Assembly (NCBI GenBank): GCA_950097015.1
Contig: CATNEN010000029.1
Location: 8,122,001 to 8,186,000 of the forward strand
Direction of reading: 5' to 3'
Length of the DNA stretch: 64,000 nt
Origin: Macrostomum hystrix
Lineage: Eukaryota; Animalia; Platyhelminthes
The notes under the pieces are model-generated. The model was not told the origin of the DNA, did no database searches, and was given only the letters and a program-made list of their open reading frames with translations. The translations under genes and the position numbers were made by a program. Shown here piece after piece: positions 56,101 through 64,000 of this stretch (positions are counted from its first letter, which is position 1; each line of letters starts with the position of its first letter).

Positions 56101-59100
56101 TGCTGCGGCAGTAGGTGTTGTGTTTGTTGTTGCTGCGGCAGTAGGTGTTGTGATAGTTGTTGCTGCGACAGTAGGTGTTGTGTTTGTTGTTGCTGCGGCA
56201 GTAGGTGTTGTGATAGTTGTTGCTGCGACAGTAGGTGTTGTGATAGTTGTTGCTGCGGCAGTAGGTGTTGTGTTTGTTGTTGCTGCGGCAGTAGGTGTTG
56301 TGATAGTTGTTGCTGCGACAGTAGGTGTTGTGATAGTTGTTGCTGCGGCAGTAGGTGTTGTGTTTGTTGTTGCTGCGGCAGTAGGTGTTGTGATAGTTGT
56401 TGCTGCGACAGTAGGTGTTGTGCTTGTTGTTGCAGGATTGGAGGCTGTTGTGAATGTTGTTGCAGGATTTGTGGGTGTTGTGAATGTTGTTGCAGGATTT
56501 GTGGGTGTTGTGAATGTTGTTGCAGAATTGGAGGCTGTTGTGAATGTTGTTGCAGGATTGGTGGGTGTTGTGAATGTTGTTGCAGAATTGGAGGCTGTTG
56601 TGAATGTTGTTGCAGGATTGGTGGGTGTTGTGAATGTTGTTGCAGGATTTGTGGCTGTTGTGAATGTTGTTGCAGAATTGGAGGCTGTTGTGAATGTTGT
56701 TGCAGGATTGGTGGGTGTTGTGAATGTTGTTGCAGAATTGGAGGCTGTTGTGAATGTTGTTGCAGGATTGGTGGGTGTTGTGAATGTTGTTGCAGGATTT
56801 GTGGGTGTTGTGAATGTTGTTGCAGGATTGGTGGGTGTTGTGAATGTTGTTGCAGGATTTGTGGGTGTTGTGAATGTTGTTGCAGTATTGGTGGGTGTTG
56901 CGAATGTTGTTGCTGAATTGTTGAGTGTTGTGAATGTTGCAAGTCCAGAAGTACTCTCAGATGTTGCCGCATTGCCTGAAGTTGTAACTATGGGTGCATC
57001 AGTCGATGTGCTGCTATTTGCCCCTGCTGTGGAGTAGCCGGCTGGTGTCGTTATAACTGTGGCCATTGTAGAATGATTGCTTGAGGAATCTGTCGCAGAC
57101 GCCGTAGAGCTGTACGAGGGTGTCTCACTGAGCCAAGCTGTAGTGGTGGTGTCATTTGTCGGTGCAGTCAGGGTGAGCTGGATAAGTAGAGCCGCTAAGA
57201 ATATCACACTCAGCAAGCGGAGCACTGACTTCTGTCGCATCGTCAACACCGGAAGGACCGCACTGAGGTTTTCCCTGGAATGCCTTCAAACTATTAGTTA
57301 TTGGCTTCAGACAGGAAATTTCTTTCGCTAGAGAAATCTACGCTACACCCATAGTTTTGCTTATATTGGGCTTGGCTGACTGTTAAATAAGATTTAATTG
57401 TGGTGAGAGTGGTTAAAAGGTTTTTGTGTAATCACCTGCTTACGTGGTACTTGCCTGGTGCTGTTAGTGACAGGATCTCACCAGTCCTTCCTACCAGAAT
57501 AGCTTTTCTACCAAAAGTTGTGAGCAGTCAACAAGTCGCACTATACAACGTGCAAGCCGCTATCTCTCCTACCTAAAAATCTTTAATTCAGGACACAGGC
57601 GCTGATGTTCAAGGCCTTATTGAGAACTCGGAGTACAGCTTCCGCGTGTTTGCAGTGAACGAGAACGGAAGCAGCGAGCCGTTGGAAACAAGCGGACCGA
57701 TTGTGGCCAAGATGCCGTTCGGTGAGCTGAATTTGATTCTTTCGTTTCAGTTGCTTATGTCTTCTGCTTTTCTCGCATTCACACTCCATACTACTAATTC
57801 GAGGTAGAAGTAGTATCATAGCTGCCAAATTTAATTGTCTTTTCCAGACAATATTGTAACGAATGCGAATTCGATAGAGCTTTACATTTCTAACCGAAAT
57901 ATTGGGTGTTCGAATCCCCAGACCAAAGGGAAACGTTTTGTGACGGGCTAACGTACAGTATGTAATTCTGCTGGCTAAAAAATATGTACATTCTGCGGGG
58001 CTACTGAGAAAATTTGAACATGTCTGTAGCACTTCACAACTTTTGCAACAATGGAACCAATAATTAAGTTAAAAATAATATACGTGAAGAGAATGCTTTA
58101 AAGAATCAAGCACAAACACTTGCCCACATCGTCTCTACCGAGCAGACAAGCCGCAGGCGCCCGGTGAGCCAACAGCCGAAGAGGTTGGCGCTGACTTCGT
58201 GTCTCTGAGCTGGAGCCGTCCAGTATCCGACGGCGGCGGTAAGATCACCGGCTACTATGTGGAGAAGCGCGAAGCAGGCGCCAGCGACGCCGCCTGGACG
58301 CGCGTCAACTTCACCCCGATTCACAACACGACCTGCAACATACCCAGCCTCATTGAAGACAAAGACTACGAGTTCCGCGTGTTTGCCGAGAACGAGGCCG
58401 GCATCAGCCAGCCGTCAGGCGCCTCCCGCAAGGTGACGGTGAAGGATCCGAAGGCTCAGTCGCTGCCAGAGTTCACCGCCCAGCTGAAGCGCCAGCAGGC
58501 CAACGAGGGCAAGCGTGCCGAGTTCGAGGTGCAACTGAACGGCAGTCCGCCATTCGACGTGGTCTGGTACAAGGGGGTGCGCGAGCTGGCTCCATCCGCC
58601 AAGTACGACATCGGCAAGGAGGGCGACCGCTACTACCTGGTGATCAACAACTGCTCGGTTGAAGATGCCGACGAGTACAGTGTCCGAGTGACCAATCGGG
58701 CCGGCTCCAGGGCCAGCCGGGCGGACCTCACCATCCGGTCGGAACCGAAAATTCGCAAGCCGGCCAGATTCGACGCGCCAACCGTCATGGACAAGGGCGA
58801 CAGCCTAACCATCAAGCTGCCGTACTCAGCCTATCCGAAGCCGACAGCGGTCTGGAAACTTAACGGTGTCGAATTGAAGCCGGGTAGAAAATTCGACATT
58901 GAACAGAAGGAGCGGCACTGCATCCTCACGGTGAACGATCTCGGTCGAGAGGACTCGGGCGTCTACAGCCTGACTCTGGAGAACGAGATGGGCGCCGCTT
59001 CGGCTACCATCGAGGTGACGGTCAACGACAGGCCAGATCCACCAAAGAATCTACGAACAGAGGCAGTGACGGACGCCAGCATTGTGCTGTCCTGGCAGCC

Positions 59101-62100
59101 GGCTCTCGATCCCGAGCACAGCGGCGTCTACATCAGCGGCTATGATATCGAGAAGCGCGAGCTGCCATCTGGCAACTGGGTCCGCTGCGCCCAGTCCCGC
59201 TTTGCACAGGCCTCTATTGACAGCCTTCTGCGCGACAGGGACTACGAGTTCCGCGTTGTCGCCGAGAATCTTTACGGCCGCAGCGACCCGTCGCCAACGC
59301 TTGGCCCCTACCGTCTGGCCGAGCCGCGAATTCAGGCCCGTCGGGCTGGCGACGTTCGTTCGGAGCGCGGTGGCAAGCGGGGCCAGGACGGGCCCAAGCC
59401 GAGCAGCTATGACTCCTGCTACAACAACCTGTGGGACAAGCACCGGCCGTACCCAGTCAGCATCAAGACTGGCTCAGTGTACGATGACTATGAGATTCTG
59501 GAGGAGCTCGGCAGCGGCGCATTCGGCGTTGTGCACCGTTGCAAGGAGAAGGCCACCGGCCAGACGTTTGTTGCGAAATTCATCGATACGCCGTACTCGC
59601 TGGACAAGCAGACGGTGCGCAACGAGGTGAACATCATGAACGCCCTGCACCATCCGAAGCTCATTAACCTGCACGACGTCTACGATGACGTCAACGAGAT
59701 GGTGCTGATCATGGAGTTCCTGTCGGGTGGAGAACTGTTCGATCGCGTTGCAGACGATTCATACAAGATGTCGGAGGCTGAGGTGATCAAGTACATGCGC
59801 CAAGTGTGCGACGGTCTGAAGCACATGCACGAACAAGGCATCGTCCACCTAGACATCAAGCCGGAGAATCTCATCTGCGAGACGTCCAAGTCCACGAGTA
59901 TCAAGATCATAGACTTCGGCCTGGCAACCCGACTCAATCCTAACGAGACGGTGAAGGTGACGACGGCCACAGCGGAGTTCGCTGCCCCGGAGATTGCCGA
60001 CAATGAGGGAGTTGGCTTCTACACTGATATGTGGGCAGTCGGTGTGCTGGCCTACGTGCTGTGAGTTGTTCGAGCACTTGCTGAGAAATGGTTGATCTTG
60101 TCAGAGTCCAGAACATTGAAAACTCAGAGTTCCTTGGTTTTTTGGAAAAAAAATTGAGAAATTAAGAAATAAAAAACTTGGAAACACTTTTGTGTTTTCC
60201 GATTTTTGCGTTGAGAAAAATACGTTCGATTATCAGCCAATCAGAACACGCCTCCCCCGAATCAATTCTATTTTTAGCTTAAGCGGCCTGTCCCCATTCG
60301 CTGGCAACGACGACTACGAGACACTGGGCAACGTGAAGAAGTGCGACTGGGACTTCGACCGGGACGCCTTCGCCAACGTGTCGGACGAGGCGCGCGACTT
60401 TATCAAGAGCCTGCTGATCCGGCGGCCGGAGAAGCGGCTGACTGTGCACGAGGCCCTTGATCATCCATGGCTGCAGCGAGGAGCGGAGGGCCTGGACAAG
60501 CGGATACCAGCTAGTCGATATGAGAAGTTCCGCCAGAGAATGCAGGAGCTGCATGTGAGCGCTGCGCTAATACTTCGCTCATTCGTTTTTAGGAACACAT
60601 TTTTCTGGGTGTAAACTAAAAATTCTGCCTTTTCAGCCCAACTGGTTCGGCGGAAATCTGGGCATAGCCAGGCTAGCTGATTTCAGCTCTCTCAGGAAGC
60701 TAAGAATGAAGGAATTCAGCATGCACGAGACCAGCTTTGGTGAGGCCCGACTGCTGCTGTTTATTACGTCATTTTAGATGGGGATAGATTAGGAACCAGA
60801 GATTTGTGAGACGTCGCTGATGCTTCATATCAATCCGCATGACCTCAGGAATGTGGTTTTAAGATAATCTGCATGACAACTTGAAGGAATCTTTTCATGT
60901 TAGTTTTCTAAACTTTTAACTCTGAAGACAAACTTGCCGATATCTTTCATCAACTTCCAGATCGTCGTGAGGCTGTGCCCCGCTTCGTGATGCGCTCGAG
61001 GAACGCCTATTGTCTTGAAGGCCAAAACGCCGTATTCGAGTGCAAGGTGCTGTCAATCTCGCCGCCCATTGTCACCTGGGCGCGCGGCGATGAGCAGCTG
61101 ATGCAGTCTGTGAAGTACATGCAGCGCTACGCTGGCCATGACTTCTCGCTGAAAATCAACCGTGTCAAACCAGAGGACGGCGGAGATTATCAGGTGAGAA
61201 TCTGTCAGGAGAGAGTCAAAGAGATGGACGAGAGATCTCTGAATTCTTAATTACTAGTTACTACTTCGCTGTGCACAAGAATAACGATTGCAAAAGAATA
61301 AATCTAGCAATCAGGGGTGACGGCGGATAAAAGTTCCTAATCGTGAATCCTCGGCGAGATCCCATTACTTTGGGTGCAACCTCGGAGACAAGGCTTGGGA
61401 ACTTGTCGCGCGATCTACGCCCACAGCCCTCTTGCAAAAATTGTTATTAACACAAGTAATCTCTGCACTAATCCAGGTGAAAGCCGAGAACTCATTCGGA
61501 CGCAAGGAGGCCACAATCAAGCTGCACGTGGAGCCGCTGAGCTTCAAGGACAACCTGGAGCCGGCTGAGCGAACGCCCCGCCACAGGAAGTCGCCCTCGC
61601 CGTTGCCGGAGCTGTGGAAGGAGCCTGACAGGGCAGCCAGGGTCACCTTCCCGCTGCGCAATCGTTTCATCCAGGAGGGCGGCTACGTGAAGCTCAGCTG
61701 CACCTTTGACGGCCTACCGCACCCGGAGGTGACCTGGACGAAGGACGGTCGGGATTTGCAGCCGAAGGGCAAGGATTACAATATGCAGGTGCGGTCACGA
61801 ACTCGTAGAAAATTCAACGGTCTTACACATGTTTAGACAAGCATCTACCGTGATTTTCTCATCGCCATGCAGTGTACAAGTTGAGTCCGATCAATTATTA
61901 ATTGCAATAAATGGTTACACCTGCCCCAATTTAGTCCCATGTTCAGCGGATAGCAGACCCGCAGCGATTGCGCAACTGAGGGCTGCGTTTTGACAAAAAT
62001 TTTCGAACAAAATTTGGCCGCGATTTCGAAGAAAAATACGAATAGGACATGCTACTTTAAACAAACAACAAGTTCTGGTAAGATAGGAATTGAAAGTTGA

Positions 62101-63980
62101 GCTCTCCATTTTGTGCTCAAACCGTCAGGTGGTAAGCGGCGTGGCCAGTCTGGAGATTTTCTCGGCCAGCGTGCAAGACTCCGGGCGCTACGCTGTGCGC
62201 GTCAAGAATGCCAAAGGCGAGGACGAGACGCAGTGCAAGCTGGACGTCTGCGAGAGCCGCGTCAAAATTGGCGGCACAGGTGGCGCCAGCGGCAGCGGCT
62301 TCGGCGTCCGCTTCAAGGAGTCGATGAGCGTCGACCGGCTCAGCGAGACTTATTCGCGATCGCAGCGCAGCGGCGCCGGAGGCTCCTCCACCATCATTGA
62401 GGAGAAATACAGCCTGCAGTTCGAGTCAACTTCCTCGTCGACAATGTCACGCTCGGAGATGCGCTCGTCCACCAGCACCACCTCCGTGAGCCGCGTGTCC
62501 GAGCAGAGCAGCCGACAGAAGGCGGCGACTGCTGAAGCTGTTGACGCCGCCCCGAAGCCACCGACTTGCACGAAGAAGCTGCCCTCAGCGTTGAAGGTCA
62601 AGGAGGGCGACCGGGTGGAGCTTAGCTGCGCCTTCGACTCAGCCGCCGGTGCCAGCATCGCCTGGGATCTGGACGGCCGGCCAGTGAAGGCTGAGGACGG
62701 CTCGCTGGAAATTCGCACGATCGGTGGCTCTTCTAGTCTGATTCTCCTGGACGCCCTGGCTGAGGACTCCGGTCTGTACACCTGCACCTGCTCGGACGCT
62801 GGCGCCTCGGACAAGACTGCCTGCCAGCTGACTGTGGAGGCTCCGACATCGGCCGCTGCTGGCGAATTGAGAATCGTGCGTCATCCGCAGTCGGTGTCAG
62901 TGAAAGACGGCGACTCGTTCGAGCTAACTGTGCAAGCAACTGGAGGCGGCGTTGACGCCATCCGGTGGACGATAAATGGTCGGCCAGTATCTGCCGAATT
63001 TAAACAAGTGAGTAGAATCCGTTTGCTTTACTGTATTCGTTAGCTATCATATCAGTTGTATTAGTATTAGTAATAGCAGTTGTTGTTGAAGTAGTAATAG
63101 TGGTAGGCTAAAGGATCCCTAACTACTGCTTATAGTTGTTGTGCCGAATAAGTAGAATCAAAGCCGAATTGTTTAAAACAAATTGCATCGCAGACAGCGG
63201 ACGCATCTGCTGGTCAGTTCTCGTTAAAATCGGCCGAGGCTCTCTACCCAGACGACTCTGGGCAGTACCGCGCCGAGCTGCTGGCATCGGGTGCGGTGGC
63301 CTCCATCGTCCAGTGCTCTGTGCGGGTGACGCCGCCGCCTGACGAGCCAGACGCGCCAGTTGAACTGCTGGACAGCTTCCCGGAGTCGGCGACGATTCAA
63401 GCCGGAGCATCGGTCACAGTGACGTGCCGAGCTCGACTGTCCGGACTGACAGGTGCGTTCAAAGCGGCACTGAAAAGGCACAGACGAGAGACGCTAATAA
63501 AGCTTTATTAACGCCCGAAAAATTCCCGCAGCCACCTGGACCAAGGAGGATTCTGGCCGGTTGATTGACGACGGCAAGCGACTGCATCTGGTGTCGGCAG
63601 GCAGCGAGCACTCGTTGAGCATCTCGGCGGCGTCCGCCACCGACTCTGGACCCTACCGGGTGGAGCTGACGGGCCCAGACGGTGCCAAAGAGCTAGCCTA
63701 CTTCTCACTACAGGTGCGACTTGAACAACTCTCGTATTGTAGCTGTGTTGTGGATTGTAGCTGTGGTGTGGATTGTAGCTGTGGTGTGGATTGTAGCTGT
63801 GGTGTGGATTGTAGCTGTGGTGTGGATTGTAGCTGTGGTGTGGATTGTAGCTGTGGTGTGGATTGTAGCTGTGGTGTGGATTGTAGATGTGGTGTGGATT
63901 GTAGCTGTGGTGTGGATTGTAGCTGTGGTGTGGATTGTAGCATCAGTTAGTTACATCCGATTCATTTTCAGGTTCTGTGA
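44194..63980 (+). CDS. unc-22: Twitchin/projectin-type giant Ig/Fn3 muscle kinase; 18 coding exons: 44194-44207, 45448-45568, 45685-45870, 45946-46103, 46202-46454, 48192-48491, 48939-49092, 49168-55253, 57592-57721, 58146-60060, 60278-60554, 60637-60739, 60961-61193, 61477-61788, 62129-63007, 63194-63452, 63532-63713, 63972-63980; about 3,856 aa
   Basis: Ig-Fn3-Fn3 super-repeats. Kinase motifs [35 protein letters not shown]-terminal Igs. All junctions are GT-AG and the exon lengths sum to 11,571 nt (divisible by 3). The first two tiny exons and the last are the least certain. Confidence 0.92.
48600..48810 (-). mobile_element. Degenerate SINE family A copy in twitchin intron 6
   Basis: tttctcatcgtcaggcagtgtacactctcactg and aattggcgtgaattgcacgataa are reverse complements of the 22063 copy. 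Confidence 0.7.
55498..57240 (-). CDS. Thr-rich membrane mucin-like protein (580 aa), intronless, nested antisense in twitchin intron 8
   Basis: Signal peptide [26 protein letters not shown]; decapeptide repeats [10 protein letters not shown] and [10 protein letters not shown]; C-terminal hydrophobic helix [22 protein letters not shown]; short tail. Confidence 0.8.
   Translation of the reverse strand: MRQKSVLRLLSVIFLAALLIQLTLTAPTNDTTTTAWLSETPSYSSTASATDSSSNHSTMATVITTPAGYSTAGANSSTSTDAPIVTTSGNAATSESTSGLATFTTLNNSATTFATPTNTATTFTTPTNPATTFTTPTNPATTFTTPTNPATTFTTPTNPATTFTTASNSATTFTTPTNPATTFTTASNSATTFTTATNPATTFTTPTNPATTFTTASNSATTFTTPTNPATTFTTASNSATTFTTPTNPATTFTTPTNPATTFTTASNPATTSTTPTVAATTITTPTAAATTNTTPTAAATTITTPTVAATTITTPTAAATTNTTPTAAATTITTPTVAATTITTPTAAATTNTTPTVAATTITTPTAAATTNTTPTAAATTITTPTVAATTITTPTAAATTNTTPTAAATTITTPTVAATTITTPTVAATTITTPTAAATTSTTPTVAATTITTPTVVATTITTPTAAATTSTTPTVAATTITTPTVAATTITTPTAAATTNTTPTAAATTNTTPTLAPSNASTTLSAAQAEQRRVEIVIRNYQTASTNVAAYLVPVLLAGGFVFIMFSLIRTAINAGM
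55690..56930 (-). repeat. 30-bp coding tandem repeat (two subfamilies) forming the mucin domain
   Basis: Plus-strand units tgctgcggcagtaggtgttgtgatagttgt and tgcaggattggtgggtgttgtgaatgttgt; about 41 units. Confidence 0.95.
63738..63940 (+). repeat. 18-bp minisatellite (tgtggattgtagctgtgg) filling most of the last twitchin intron
   Basis: About 11 units; ends about 30 nt before the acceptor at 63970-63971. Confidence 0.95.
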
Positions 63981-64000
63981 GAGCGGTCGCGGGGAAGAGA

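Noticed and set aside
55613-57037. 474-aa Val/Ala/Gly ORF on plus and 369-aa Gln-rich ORF on minus
   Set aside because: Alternative frames of the mucin repeat; only the Thr-rich frame has signal peptide and TM architecture.
60268-60277. CTATTTTTAG as a MEF2 site in a muscle gene
   Set aside because: It is simply the polypyrimidine tract and AG of a used splice acceptor.

Overview
Eukaryotic (metazoan) genomic DNA with spliceosomal GT-AG introns, GC-rich exons and many minisatellites. The overall style suggests a flatworm such as Macrostomum, but this is an inference, not a determination. From left to right: (1) A Ty3/Gypsy LTR retrotransposon on the minus strand with intact gag and pol. The two are joined by a -1 frameshift signal (GGGAAAC plus a predicted pseudoknot). 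It has a perfect tRNA-Leu PBS with two degenerate tandem copies. An unexpected third ORF (at least 274 aa, acidic and Q/P-rich, with a bipartite NLS-like motif) lies downstream of pol behind its own TATA/CCAAT promoter and runs off the window edge. (2) Three tightly packed plus-strand genes: importin-13, ANKRD16 and a compact G9a/GLP (EHMT) methyltransferase. Each begins at a splice acceptor, and ANKRD16 has no visible ATG of its own, which suggests an SL trans-spliced operon. (3) Four tandem intronless orphan class A GPCRs with near-identical intracellular/TM segments but hypervariable, mosaic extracellular loops. One is frameshifted and one has a hAT MITE inserted exactly at its stop codon. 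(4) A secreted protein with two divergent C-type lectin-like domains whose last identifiable splice donor is amplified about 23-fold as a 47-bp minisatellite. (5) A complete 18-exon twitchin/unc-22 kinase gene (about 3,850 aa) that starts just before the catch-muscle D1-like PKA site and carries an antisense Thr-rich membrane mucin gene nested in one intron. Two tRNA-derived SINE families and an RNase H LINE fragment are scattered through the window. Most intronic or intergenic minisatellites end at splice sites.
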